Part shown: positions 26,554-40,300 of the stretch, one piece after another | How the letters are laid out: each line of letters opens with the position of its first letter | How positions within the stretch are numbered: the first letter of the stretch is position 1 | Assembly: GCA_051294375.1 (NCBI GenBank) | Contig: CM119268.1 | Coordinates: 15,333,898-15,397,897, forward strand | Direction: 5' to 3' | From: Paraspadella gotoi | Taxonomy: Eukaryota; Animalia; Chaetognatha | Length of the DNA stretch: 64,000 bases | Notes under the pieces: generated by a model | The model's database searches: none | The model's input: the letters and a program-made list of their open reading frames with translations, nothing else | Told to the model about the DNA's origin: nothing | Made by a program: the position numbers and the translations under genes

Positions 26554-27371
26554 AGAGAGAGAGGAGAGAGAGAGAGAGAGGAGAGAGAGAAAGAGAGAGA
26601 GAGAGTGAGAGAGTGAGGCGGAGATAGAGAGAGAGACAGACAGAGAGAAGAGTTTAAAAGAGAGAAAGTTTAAGGATGGTAAAAACTAATCAAAGCAGGA
26701 ATCTACTAAAATTTCGCTTGTCTTTGAAATCGCTCGATAACAACGACGACGCCGACGCCGACGCCGACGCCGACAACGACGACGACGACAACGACGATGA
26801 AGGATCTTCGAGATTTACGTTCGTCGTATTTTCTAGCGACAAAAATCTCGCGACATAACGGGAGTGATCAAAAGAGAAGAGATAAGAAAAGAAATGAAAA
26901 GAAAAAAGTCTTAATTGAAAAGTTGTTCAAGATGTCGACAGGAGGAAAAAGGAAATTAAAGAGGAAGAGGAAGAGGAAGAGGAAGAGCGAAGGAAGAGGT
27001 CGAGACTGAGAAGTAATCGGACTCATAAAACTTTTCTTGTGTATATAAAATTAACCATAGAAATTTTCTTCGTTGAAAAGAAGTTTCATCCCAGTTTCAA
27101 CTGAAACAAGCCTCCGTAAACAACGGTTTCAGTTACTGTCTTAAATATTAAATCGATTAAATTAGTAAATTAATACTGTCACTCTCTCCTTCTTTTTCTG
27201 TGGGCGACGTACTATCTTCCAAAGTGCTGTCGCTAACAAAGATACAATATACAATATACAATATATATACAATATACAAAATAGCAGGATGAGTTCGCGA
27301 GTTACTACAACCTCTACAAAAACGAAGTACACACTTTCTCATGCTTTCTTTTCATTTCCTATCAGTAACAA

Positions 27372-30257
27372 TTAATAGAGCGATATTTTATCCGACTGAT
27401 TTTCTTTGGAAGCTTGAAGCGATTCCATCCTGTTTCTGCGATTGCTTCTCCGCTTTGCGCTGATGCGACCTTCGGATCCATTGTTCGCGAATCGTAGGCT
27501 TTGAGCCGGAGCGACTGAAGTAGGGGGAGACTAACTCAATAAGGTGGTTAAGAAATTGAATTAAGCACCTCCTCAAACGAAAATTTAGACATTTAAAAAA
27601 AAATTTGAATAGACAAATTTTTTTTATATTACTCCATACTCCATATATTAATTTTTTAATATTTATTTATAAATAGGAAAGGCTAAAAAATTTTTTTGGA
27701 TTTTTTTGATTTTTAAGATCAGATTCAGGTAGCTTGCAAAAAGTTGTCTACACAAAGTATAATTCTTTTTTCGATATTTTGATCATAAGTATGTGAAAAA
27801 TATGAAATACTATTTATAATCATCATCATCATCATTTTTCAATAATTTTATTACTTTTTCTTAATTTTGACCAAGAAAACATAAATATTTTTGAAAGTTG
27901 TAGTTAAATTTTTTATTTAACTTTTTATGCTCTATCAGAATCCATCAAAAAAAGTTAAGATTGATTAAAAAAATTTTTTATCATTATATAGTAATATTGT
28001 AATTTTAATAGCAACAATAAAAGCATTAAAATCGAACTTTTTTAAAAAATTCTTTTTTTACCTAAAAGTAGACTTCAAGACTAAAGTTTTGAACCCCCGC
28101 CCCTATTGAATTTAATTTCATAGTAGATTTCTAACTGAAGAAGAGAAAAGAAAGAAAAAAGAAAGAATTGTCTTAAAAATGATTTTCAAGGGAAAGAAAA
28201 AAATTGTCAACATTTTCAAGGAACCTATAATCCCCTATTCTCAACCGTCCTGATTCAACCCTCTTCTTTCATTTCCGCCCCCCTATTTACCTCTTTCAAT
28301 CCTTCTTTATTCCCCTCATTGCACTCGACCCATCACCCCTCCCCCGGTAAAGTTCCCTGCCAAATTTTACCCTCTTTTTATTTCCCTCCCCCGACCGATC
28401 AATCACCTCCGCCACTTTCCCCCCCTATCCTTTACACCCCCCTCCCGAGTTCTCAATCTCTTCCCTCACTTCCTCAACCTCCGCCCCAGCTCCAGGCCTC
28501 CACCCCCCCTCCCCCAATCTTCACTTGCGCCGCTCGCCAATCTCTTCTTCAGCGACTGAATGTGTTTGAACGAAGTCGCCACGTGGTTGATCTTGGGCGA
28601 CTTGGCCATGACGACGACGGCGAAAGCCAACACCTCCTGGTAATCCTCCACGCCGCCGCAAGGATCGAAGACTTCGGGGGAATAGTCGAACACGCTGAAG
28701 ACTGCCTCCAAGACGTCGACAGGTTCCGGCTCGTCGATGTAATCGAGGGTGACGGCGCGGAGATACGACGCCACGTAGAGGATCCCCGCTCGATGGCGCG
28801 CGAAGTATAGCCATTGCTTGGGGAGATATCTCAAGCAGACGGCCAACCAGTAGAGAGCGTCCTAAGGGGGTGAGAGATGTATTGTGGTATCTTTAGATTG
28901 CTGACGTTTTTAACTAACTAAAAAGTCTAACATATAAGTTCTAGACAGTGAAAAAGTCTTGATCGAAAGCTTTCATGGTCTTGCTATGTAAACATCTTGA
29001 TCTTGTAATAGGGATGGAGGCCTAAACTCACCAACACATTGGTTGTGCCAATTAATTATAATACCTAGACTATGAAAATCTTCATCTTGACCTCATCACT
29101 AAAAATTAGTGACGTTAATAAAGAAATTAATAAATTAATAAAGACGTCAATAAAGAAAGTAATGAACGGACAAAATTCGTTTTAACCTGTAAATCTGACC
29201 GGAGCGTCGCCCGCCTCACGAACATAAGCGCCGAAGTGAATGCCGTCCACCGAGAGGCGGCGCCGCGGCGTCGCGTCTTCGCCTTCGCCCGCGCCTCTTC
29301 GAACGCTTCCCTCACCAAACGGGATTTTTCGGCGCGGCAGAGTAGGATGGTCACGATGGCCAGCGTCTCTCGCGGAAGGAAATGAAAATGGTGGAAGCGA
29401 ACGCCGTCTGAAAAAATATCAAGTATCGAATATCAAACATTAAATAACAAAATTGAAAGCAAAGGGGAAAAGGGTGATCCTCAGTCTCCTTCACCTCTCA
29501 CGCTGACCCAAGCGGCGGCGGTGACGACGATGGGCTGATCCTCGGTCGGCGAAATCTCCCGCGCGACGAGCCTCACCAAGAAGCGGAAGACGCGCTGAAA
29601 GACCAACGCCTCCTTATCGGATTCCAGGTGGCGGAGGATGCGAGAAATCCAGACCAGAGCGCCCTCTTCGTCGGAATCTGACGGGAGGAAAATGAGAAAT
29701 GAGAAATCTTTTTTTTAGAATTTTCTAGTGAAAGAGTATCGAAATTCATTGGTTTCTTTTCTGTAATAACCTGATAAATCCACCGAAAATAATTAAAGAA
29801 CGGGTTTACATAGGCATTAGGCAATGTCTATTAAGCATGTTTAGTAGAAATACTAGCGATAACTTTCAGTGAAAGAAAAAAATCCGCGTGATATTTTTCG
29901 ATTACGCTTTCTTTCTCGATAAATGACAAGCTACTACCTTACTTATAACACAATTTTCCAAGGAATTCAGTTGAAAATTGAAGCAACGTTCTCTCTCTTT
30001 TTGCTCCTCGTTTTTGCCACAAGCCGTGCCCATAGCCCAGAGCTCTACATTATGGTACGTCGAAGCAGTCGCGAATATAAGCAGCTTTGTTACTAATAAT
30101 TTAGCTAACTTTTTTTCATTCTACGTTAATGAATTTATCTACGATCGGAATTAAAAGGACTAATGTTTTTTTTTGAGAAAACGCTCAAACTCTTGGTTCG
30201 TCGGATTATGAATTCGGAGATGAAAGCGAGATTATTTTCCTTGACGATTCCGGAGCT
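27372..30257 (-). CDS. Six-exon hypothetical protein, >=366 aa, start codon not identified
   Basis: Exons 30257-30191, 30092-29943, 29677-29495, 29407-29187, 28861-28525 and 27514-27372. All introns are GT-AG with matching phases; total 1101 nt ending in TAA. Translation includes ...EEGALVWISRILRHLESDKEALVFQRVFRFLVRLV...DALYWLAVCLRYLPKQWLYF...YQEVLAFAVVVMAKSP... The middle exons are GC-rich against AT-rich introns. Confidence 0.75.
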
Positions 30258-30338
30258 CTGAAGCCAGGGAAAGAGGGTGGAGAGAAAGAGAGAGAAGAGA
30301 AGAAGAGAGAGAGAGAGAGCAGAGAGAGATGAGAGGAG

Positions 30339-30389
<51 letters not shown>

Positions 30390-30510
30390 GGAATGAGTCT
30401 CCGTGAAAAATTTTTCTTTTTGTCTCTTTCTCAAAAATCGACGGCGAAGAATTAATGGAATGGAATGAATTTGTAAAAAATTTTTCGGGAATCAGGGAAT
30501 ATGGGAATTC

Positions 30511-30596
<86 letters not shown>

Positions 30597-30720
30597 GACC
30601 CCCGGTGAAAATCCCAAGGCAGGTTAACGACCTTTTCGAGTTTCTCTCTTTATAAACTTTTTAAATGAAGAGATAGTGAAATTTCGGTTCAAGGATTAAT
30701 TATAATCAAGAGAAGAGACG

Positions 30721-30795
<75 letters not shown>

Positions 30796-31207
30796 AAGAT
30801 AGCAATGATAAAAAAACTGCAATATACATACATATTGGTGATAAAATATTCTTCCGTACTCTATCCTAAATATTATTGTCAATATTATATTATATATATA
30901 TAATTATATATTATATTGCATCGCTAGTGATTAAACTCGTTAATTTAAGCAGCGTAGGTTTCAAGCCGAAACTAACTATCCTTCTAACGAACACAAATTT
31001 CATTTTTTTCCTCGCCAAAGGAAACAAGTTCACTCTCTCCCGTTCTCTCCTCTCATCCTTTCATCCGCCTCCCCCCCCCCAAGTTCTCTCATCCCCCATT
31101 CCCACTAAGTCAGCGAAGAAAATAAAAACAGGCGAAAAAAATGTTGTTCTGCTCTGGAAGCCATTACCCAAATTGTGCAATGAACCGACGATTAGTTAAT
31201 GATGCCC

Positions 31208-31344
31208 TTAATGAGTACGACACATTCTGCAGCGGCCGGTCGGAGTATTCGTGGCGCTGCTGTCGTCGTCACTGACTACGCTGCTGAGGCGGCGACGGCT
31301 GCGGGACCGCCGCGCCGTCGGCCTCGCGGACACGACCGGGAGTC
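31208..31344 (-). CDS. Candidate terminal coding exon
   Basis: GC-rich island with acceptor TAATCAG| and open frame LPVVSARPTARRSRSRRRLSSVVSDDDSSATNTPTGRCRMCRTH-stop. Upstream exons not resolved. Confidence 0.35.
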
Positions 31345-32886
31345 CTGATTACGGGAATTTCTTAAGGGGATAGAGAGGGAGAGAGGGAGTGACGAGGGGG
31401 GAAAGATAGAGTGAGAGCGAGAGGGAGAGAGGGAATGAAAAAATCGGAGGGGGTCTCGGAGCGGAGGTAATCTGTGGAGAAAGAAAAATCTTCTTTCAAA
31501 AAAAGAAAATCACTTTTTTTAAAGATTTTTTTTTTTCCGAGGGAGTTTCATAGAGCGTTAACCAAGAAATAAGTTTTATAAAAGGGAGGGACTAAATAGC
31601 GACATGGCGTTACGGTTATTCATGATTTTCAGGAAAATGCTTCATTTATATGTGGTTATGGTAATATAGAATAAAAACGCTGTGTGTAAGGCTTTGAAAA
31701 TTTTCAAAGTCATGGTTGCATCGGGATATATAAATCGTTTCAAAAAATCTTTAAGAAAAGCTGCGCGTACTTTTTTCAACGATGCGATCAAGATTGGCTG
31801 CATCGGAATCTTCGTCTGCCCGACGAGCCGCGCGTATTCCCCGAAGACGCGAGCAGCGATTCGCGTTTTGTTTTCAGGGAGAAGGGAGATTGCAACGCCT
31901 CATCGTCTCGACTCGAAAAAATCAGAGAAACAAAAGACGAAATGTTTATTTTGGATCGACTTTTCTTCTTCTTCTTTTCTCTTTCTTTCGGAATCATTAG
32001 GAAAATCTCCGTCAGAAGATTAGAGCTTTAGTTAAAGACAACGAAGACGACGATTAAGACAACGACGTTTTGACGTCGGCGGGGAGACGACGACGACGAC
32101 GACGACGACAATGACGACGACGACAATGACGACGATGGGAACGAGGACGCCGGCGACTAATTTTTGCGTTAATGACGGAATTTCATAGTTGAGCGGCGCC
32201 AAAACGAAGTCTTTTATTTACGCCAGAGTCTGAGATAAAAAGGCGTCAATTCCTCCGTCGATGTCCTTTTGTTTCGTATAGATGTCGCTATTAAGAAGCA
32301 TGATTATTCGCCGAAGTTTTATTTGAATTTTAATTTGGACATCACATTGCTATATATACAATTTTACAAATGCAAACATTGAATTCTTTTATTAAATTAG
32401 CTCAAGGGTGAAATTTTCTCTCACGATTTTCGAAGGTTTCTCCTTGATTTTCGTCTCGGATTAGACGCGTCTTTTGTTTCTGCGACTTTCGCGCGCGATC
32501 TCGCGTGAGCCGATCGGGAACCGCCCTTCACTCCCCACAGCGACGCCCATGGAGACGGCGGAAGAAAAAAAATGGAGAGAGGAGGGAAAAGAAAGAAAGG
32601 ATAACTAAATGGGAAAATAATGAGATTCATACGTGAGGGGTTTACCGCTTGGGACTGGACAAAGAAACAGATCCCAACCAAAACAAACACAACATTTATT
32701 TTCTTTGTTTTTAGAGAAGAAGGAAGAGGTGGGCGGGGGGGGGGGTTGGTGGAGCGGCTTGAATTCAATGACAAAAGTGCAAAAATGAATCAATGTACAC
32801 TGGAAGAGATAAGAATAAGAAGAGAAGGGAAAATCGTCAGAAACGCAAATAGGTCAAAACAGGAGACAAAAACTAAATAAATAGGA

Positions 32887-33365
32887 AACAAGTTTGATCA
32901 AACAATGCTGGATCTGCCAACGATAATTAATTAATTAAGTAATTAATTAATTAATTAATTAATTAATATTATTTTGTTTTATTAGTGTCAAAATCGTTTT
33001 TCACTTTGTCTCGCCTCTCAATCACAAAACAACAATCTCGATCACAAAATTAATTAATTAATTAATTAATTAATTACAAATAATTAATAATTATTTAATT
33101 ATTTATTAATAACTAATTAATGCAGCTTGAATTTACATTTAATATAAAAATAAAGAAAGCATAATCAAATAGTGAAATATATATTTTTTCTATTTTAACT
33201 CATTTCCACTTGGACAATTCCATCAAAACTTTATTTCCAGCTCAAGCACACTTTTTCCTACCCACACACAAAATTTCATTTCAATCCATCCATCAAATCA
33301 TGAGTAATAGGTGTTTTTTGCTAAGATGGGACGCACGGACGGACGGAGGGACGGACGGACGGCCG

Positions 33366-33424
<59 letters not shown>

Positions 33425-33540
33425 GGACGGACGGACATAATTTTTTTTCATAATGTATCATAATTTGATGTTCTGACAATAATATAAGTGAATGCCCGAC
33501 AAGATTGGGGGGGCGGACCGAACCGACGGACCGACAAAGG
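32887..33540 (-). mobile_element. HINE/DINE-1-like element, family 2
   Basis: Reverse-complement match to 4945-5684: (GACA/GACG)n at ~33335-33436, internal repeat unit, (AATT)n tract, subterminal GGATCTGC at ~32911-32918 and perfect terminal palindrome GTTTGATCAAAC at 32892-32903. Confidence 0.65.
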
Positions 33541-33998
33541 TTAAAACTAAAAACAGAGAGGAAAAGCCTAAGGAAAATAATCGGACGAAGGAAAACAAGT
33601 GAAATGAAAAAAGAGAGAAAGGAGAAATCGAAATAGAAAATAAAAGGCGGGAAAGCAGAAAGAAAGCAAAAAAAAAAAATGCAAAAAAAAAAAAAACCCA
33701 AAATAAAGCAGACGAGAGGGGGCAAAAAAAAGCAGAGAGAGAAAAAAAAAAAGAAAAAAAAAAAGCCCCCTCCCCACCCCCCCCAAAAAAAAAAAGTAAA
33801 AAAAAAGAAAGAAAAGAAAAACAAAAAAGGCCCCCTCCCCACCACCCCCCCCCAAAAAAAAGAAAAAAAGTAAAAAAATAGTGAAAGCGGAATTTAAGTT
33901 GCGGGAGATTGGCGACAGCAAAGGAAAGAAAATTCTCTTCATTAACTTTTCGAGTCTGGGACGCGATTCGCTCCTCTAATGCGCCATTCAAACTATCA

Positions 33999-34089
<91 letters not shown>

Positions 34090-34670
34090 CCTTTTCTCTC
34101 TCTTTAAGCAAGTCCCGCCGGAAAAACCATTAGATAAATTGATTTTTTTTCCCCAACGGCAACGAATAAGAAAAAAAAAAAAATTTTCTTGGAAAAACTA
34201 GGAAATATTATTCTAATTCTGGGTGGAATGGCGCGATTAACCAATATTAATAACAATAAATCAGAAGCAAGAATGTGGCAAAAATATTTTGAAGAGTTTT
34301 TTAAAGCCTATGTCAAGGAAATTCAATACTTTACTGGCTGAGTTTCGCCGTTTTCTTTTCTTTAACTACTTTTTAAATAAAAAGAATTTTCTCCTAGAAA
34401 AAAAAGAATAAAAAAAGATAGAATCAAAGTCTTAATTGTTTTTTGTCTTTCGTCAACTGGACGGAGTTGGCGTGCGTCGTCGCTGACTGCGTCGGCGGTG
34501 TCGGCAGACGTCGGCCGCGTCGGCCGGCGGCGGCGGCGGGCGGCGGCGGCGGCGCGTCATCTTCTCAAACTTGTCCCTTTGTCTTTTTCCTCCCATCGTT
34601 CGACGTCGTTTGTTACACTTGAATTATTCAGCTCCTCCCCCACCTCATTCTCTCACCTCCCTTCCCCCGC

Positions 34671-34760
<90 letters not shown>

Positions 34761-34804
34761 CGTTTCTATCTCTCTCACTTCCACCCAGCCCGAATTAAAG
34801 ACAC

Positions 34805-35874
34805 TGGGGCGTTAATTGGATGATTTGTAAGCAAATGTGCGCGGAGCTTCTGATCGCCGAACATCTTTGCCAGACAGAAAATATCGCGGATCCTTAAGGG
34901 GCGTGAAGGGAGAATGAGAAAAAAGGAATCCTTACTACGCAAGGCCAAAAATCCCAGGAATTCTTTTTTTTTTTGTATACTTGTCGAATCTTCAAAAACT
35001 AAGGATGATGACTTTTTATGTTTTAAGGGAACACGGTAATCTTTTTTTGTTAAATTTAAAAAAATTTTAAATTAAAATTTGAATTTGAATAGCGTTTATA
35101 CTATTCTTATATTATTTATACTGAACTACCAAAATACAATAGACATTTCTTAGAATTTTTTTCATAGAAAGAATTTAAAAAAAAGGCTCGTTAATACCTG
35201 TCTTTATCGATGATCTCTTCATCGTCCTTTCATCTCTTTCCTTCCGTCTTCAATTCCCCAACGTCTTTTAAGGGGAGCGACTTTGTCTCCATGGAATTCA
35301 AGGATAATCGGGGGGAACCTCTTTTCTCCTTCGTGTCTCTGGCGACGAAAAAGTTAATTAATATCAGCGATATTAGCTCACTCTCTTACCATTTCACACA
35401 TTTGTTTGTTATTTGTTGGGTTATATATGTAGTTTTATTATCAAGAGATAATTTTCTACTAGCACATTTCACAAAACAATATTGCTAAAATTATATCTTT
35501 TTATGCTGTTTTTTTTATATTTTTAAGACAGTTCTCATTCTACAATCAGATAATCCCAATTAACTTTCATCCCTAGTCTGAATCTTTGCATCTCCCCTCC
35601 CTTAAAACTACCTCAACCTCTTTTCTTTCTAGGACTGGCCCGAACTTTTTAGGGCTCCCTAGGATTTTGGTCCTGATTTGTAGAATTGCTGCGCGAACTG
35701 CCCCCATGGTATAAGCGAATCCTTTGTTTTATCCGCTGGTTTTGACTTTGAAAAGAGTTTTTGAGTTCATTAGGATCCCCCCCCACTGTCAAGGATTGTG
35801 AGAGACAAAAGCTTCAGTTGTTGAAAATTAAATGGATCCTTAGCGTCGGCACAGTGATCTGAGACGGAGAGTTC
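34805..35874 (-). CDS. Candidate exons of another minus-strand gene, disrupted by probable sequencing errors
   Basis: Candidate exons ~35874-35612 (ELSVSDHCADAKDPFNFQQLKLLSLTILDSGG...; needs one fewer G in a homopolymer to stay open), ~35339-35198 (ends ...EEIIDKD AG|GTATTA; has one in-frame TGA) and ~34892-34805 (AAG|G IRDIFCLAKMFGDQKLRAHLLTNHPINAP). The last two join in phase 2. Confidence 0.35.
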
Positions 35875-37220
35875 CTGTCCAAAACAATAGACGAGTATCG
35901 CGTGGGAACATCAATATTTACATTCATTTTTTATTTGTACAGTATTGTTATTTTTATTTATTTAAAAATGAGAAAAGAAGAATAAAAATATAATTAATCT
36001 TTAATACTTTTGTACAAATAAAACTTGTCGCTATAAATTTTTCACTGTGTCCTTTGGGTTGGCTGCTAATTCCACTGTGCCTCGGAGATGGGAGAAGCGG
36101 CGACGGCGGCGGCGGGGATGTGGGCGGTGGCGTCGAAGTCGAGGAACAAAAACAAAAGATTTTCAAGCGTTAATTTCGTCGTTCGACGCAAGGACACCGG
36201 CGGCGCTGGCGTCGGCCCCGATTCCAGACAGTGGGTAACGATTAAAACGTCTTACATGGAAGCGACGTTGCAAACCTTATATATATATAGACTAAACAGC
36301 ATACGTTTATATTTTAATTAGTTTTAAATATAATTTAACGATACTTTTAGCGAGAGGGAGAGTGAAAAAGATAAATAAATCTGCGTCGACATGAGGACTT
36401 ATCACCGCTTATCCGTCTGGTTTTCACCACCTTGGTGTCTCGGTTGATCGCTTGATGGCGTGCCCGTTGGCGTGGGCGTAGTTTGCAACAATCAAGACCG
36501 CAAGCAAAACTCGAAATTAATCCTAGTGAAACAATCGGTTTTTGTGAAACTCTTGAGTGGCGTAGGATCACTCTCATCGTCGGCGGTGACTTAGAAAGCT
36601 GCTCCGCGGCGGCGCTGCACGGTGCAAACAGCCGGCTTCCCCGGCGCCGCCCCGCGCGAATCGCGGAGGGCGCCTTTTGTCTCGACGCCAAAGATTCTTT
36701 CCCTTCCAGTGGGCGTCGGTTGCCATGGTTACGGAGGGAGAATGAAGCTATTAGCGAAATCGTTCAAAAATGGCTTATTAACACTATCAACGCTTCATCT
36801 TTAGCGTTAAAACGGTCTTTTTTAAAAAGTATTTTCCTAGAGGCCGATCTTCCTTTAAAAAAAATTTATATTAATCAATAAACCATTTTATATTAAACAT
36901 TACTTACGGCATCGTCGATAATGCCAAGTGAATTAATAAATAAATAATATCATTTTGAACTATATCATCGCTTGGCCTGACAGTAAAGAAAGAAACTCCG
37001 GCTTAAGGAAAAAAAAAGATTTTTTTAATCCGACGTCGACCGTCAGGTGTCGCTAATGATGACGCGTCGACACCAAGCGACGTCATCTTTGGTCCTCAGG
37101 GGTCAGAGGGTCAAAGAAAAAGGTCAGAGGTCACAAAGACATGCGAGACGCTAAAGGTGAATCCCGAGAGAGGCTGAAAGAAGGTACAGGAAAAAAGAGG
37201 GAAAAACGTCGATGCAAAGG

Positions 37221-37285
37221 GATAGATTAGATAGATAGATAGATAGATAGATAGTTAGATAGTTAGATAGATAAATAGATAGATG

Positions 37286-37345
<60 letters not shown>

Positions 37346-37346
37346 T
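37221..37346 (+). repeat. (GATA)n microsatellite (longer copy at ~48600-48755)
   Basis: Direct reading of about 30 GATA units with a few variants. Confidence 0.95.
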
Positions 37347-40300
37347 AGTTTCTGATCGGTAGGAGAAAGAATAAAATCTCCTTTTTCTTTCACCTCCTCT
37401 GATCAGTTTTCGCGCTCATATTTCTTCCAAATTTCTTCACCACTTCTCCGCCTTTTTTCTTCGCCACGAGATTCCCTCTCATCAGTCGGGTCAAACCCTG
37501 CTTCATAAATCCAAAATTCCGCGAGCCATTTCTGTCCCAGAAATTTCGCGCCGAGCGAGCCAGAGAGTGTCGGCGTGGATCGCGAGTGCCACTCACAAGT
37601 CACAACGTCTTGTTTGGATCGAAAATTCCTGAGAATTACGTACGTAATTATTAATTTATTATTATGATTTTTTTTAAAAAATATTTTGTTCTTCTTCTTC
37701 TTTTGTTCTATTCTCTTCTCAACTGATCTCTAGCTTCTTCCTCTCTTTCCAACTACTTTCTTTCTCACTTCTCCCCCCCCACTCACTCTCCCTCTCGCTT
37801 CTCCCCCTCTCTCCCCCTCAGTCAAGAATGATGTGATTCGCGGGGCAAAAGTCTCAGCATCGTCAAGAAGGCGAAGAGCGAAAGAGACCACGATGCTGTA
37901 GTTTGTTGAGGTACAGTCTCGTCTTTGATACTGCAATAAGTCATATACCGTTGTTATCCTTTTTGTGCGAAATCTTTATCGTTCTTCCCGCAGTACGAAA
38001 ATCTACGAAATATTCAATTCTAAACGAAACGCGTCGCCATTTGGCTCGTGATGTAATTTTAGGAGTTGCAATATTGTCGGGGACTCTTACGGAATAACAA
38101 AAGTTTAAGCTCGCAGATAACGGTGCAGAAAAAAAAACTTTTGTATTAGTTTTATAATCAAAGGGTCATTGTTCTAAGCGGCGCGGTGATCGGGAAGAAT
38201 AGGGAAGAATCGCAGAATCGAATTTCACATTTTCCCTTTTCTCGATATGACCGAGAAAAATTAGCAGGGTCTACCTTTGACTAGACAGTTCTCTTTCTCA
38301 ACTTGTACACGTGTACAAGTCTCTTCTCAGCGTGAGAAAAAATTTTCCCAAAGTAATTTCTGAAATCCGGGAGAAACGACGCCAATATAATTCATCAAGC
38401 TTTGCAAATAAAGTGAACAGTAGTAAAGACGAAAGAAAAATTCAAAAATTAGCTCCGAAGTACGGCGATACAGTCGGCCGATCTCAAAAGCTAACCCTGA
38501 GATCGTAAGCTGCGATCAAAGCGAGAAAAAAGGGGATAGTCAATCGTGTAGTTTTTCAGAGAACTCATATTGGCAAGATTTAAATTGTTTCTGGTCTTCG
38601 CTTACCATAAGGAAAATGAAAGATTTAAGATAACGATGTGGGGTTCAGAACTCATCGAGGCTAAGTTTTTTTTTTTTTTTCTCGGGTCGTAATTAAGAAC
38701 TCCTCCGAATTTTCACCTTTTCTTTATCGCGTGATGATCGCAATTAATATCCCGTACGTATTGCGTAAATTACGTATTACGAAATGCCCTAATTATATTT
38801 CCTAAGCTGGGGAATGGGACTAAAACCATAATCTTTTCGGACGAAACTCAATGGGTCAATGAATCTGCTCCATCGCCGACGCGACCGTATTCCGTTCATT
38901 TCGTATTCACCGCATGTTGACGTCGTCGTCGTCGTCGTCATCCCCATCGTCGTCGTCGTCGTCGTCGCAGCGGAGTGAGTCAGGGTCATCAGGTAACGAC
39001 GTCTACCTAAAAACGGAGGGTCGTGAATGGTGGCGAGTGGTTGGTGGTGTCAAGAGTGTCGCAAGGGTGGTGGGGTTGAAGACGGTCGCGGAAATGGCGA
39101 TAAAGAAGAAGCCGAAAAGTGTGGAGGCGACTCAAAAAAAAAAAAAAAAAAAAAAAAAGATTGGACGATTAAATGTCAAATAGAGTAGAGGAACTCAAAA
39201 CTGAGTGGCTTGGTGTGGCAACTTCACAGATTAGCGACGGTGCGTTACGACGTTTTTGGCTCCAGGACAATCACGTTGTCTTTGTGATGTTTAGATGTTT
39301 CTTTGCTTATTTGATAATCTCGTATGTCGGTCCTTTCATTTTCCCCAACCTTTTGTACGATTCGGATTAACTTTCGTTCCATCCCCCCTCCACCCTATCT
39401 CTCTCTTTCCCTCTCTCCCTCCCTATCTCCCACCTTCCTTCCCTTCTTCTCCCGCACGCACGACCCCGAGTCACGTGTTCCAAAGGGGCGGTCGAGCGCG
39501 GGGTCGGCGACGGGCGACGCCTTACCTGGCGACCCGGGACGCTCGGCCTCTGGCGGCGTCGTTGTTATTGTTATTGTTTTCGTTGTCGTTGTCGTGGTCG
39601 TCGTTGTAGTCTAGTTTACTGTTTAATCTTGGTCTTGAATATTTATAATCGCATAATTTCTCGAGCAGTCTAGACTTTAGATATATTTTCCTTTAGAGCA
39701 TTTTGATACTGAAAACGATTGGAGCATGGCGACTAATGCTGTAACAAAGTCGCGCAATAGCGAGGCGCCCTTGCATGAAAAAAGCGCGCGTTGCCAAGAA
39801 AAGAGCGAATAAATATTTCATGAAGAGAAAAAAATATTCTTTTCGAGAAAACATAACGGAGACGAAATATAAATATAAAAAAAAAGAAGAAAAATCACTA
39901 CTGGGATTTTTTGGCTGATTTGGTTTTTTCTCTTTTTCCATTTCATTGGATTTTTGGGATTAAAAGGCTTTCGCTCTGTTTTGACNNNNNNNNNNNNNNN
40001 NNNNNNNNNNAAAAATTAAGAGATAAATAAACGCGGGAAGAATCGCCCTGACAACGTCACGTTACGAGCGTCAGGAAAAGTCGTAAAACACGCGGGTTAG
40101 GGGTAAAGAAGGTGGACAACGGTCGCGTAGGAAGAAGCCAAATGTTGTACAAGTTTCCGGTAGCTACAGATTTTTTGAAATTTAAAGAAGTAAGTTTAAA
40201 TTAAAACGCGATTCTCTACATCGCTTGTAATAAAAAAATTATAGCTTGACTCGACTGAGTTTGTAAGCAATCTTACATTTTGAAAGCGTTGTAGTTGTAT

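Noticed and set aside
28319-28810. 163-aa plus-strand ORF
   Set aside because: Antisense shadow of the minus-strand exon 28861-28525, which has proper splice sites; the same applies to plus ORFs at 58163-58563, 59465-59774 and 60337-61596.
33321-34133. Long Phe-rich or Lys-rich ORFs resembling membrane proteins
   Set aside because: They arise from poly-A/poly-T and (GA)n low-complexity tracts.
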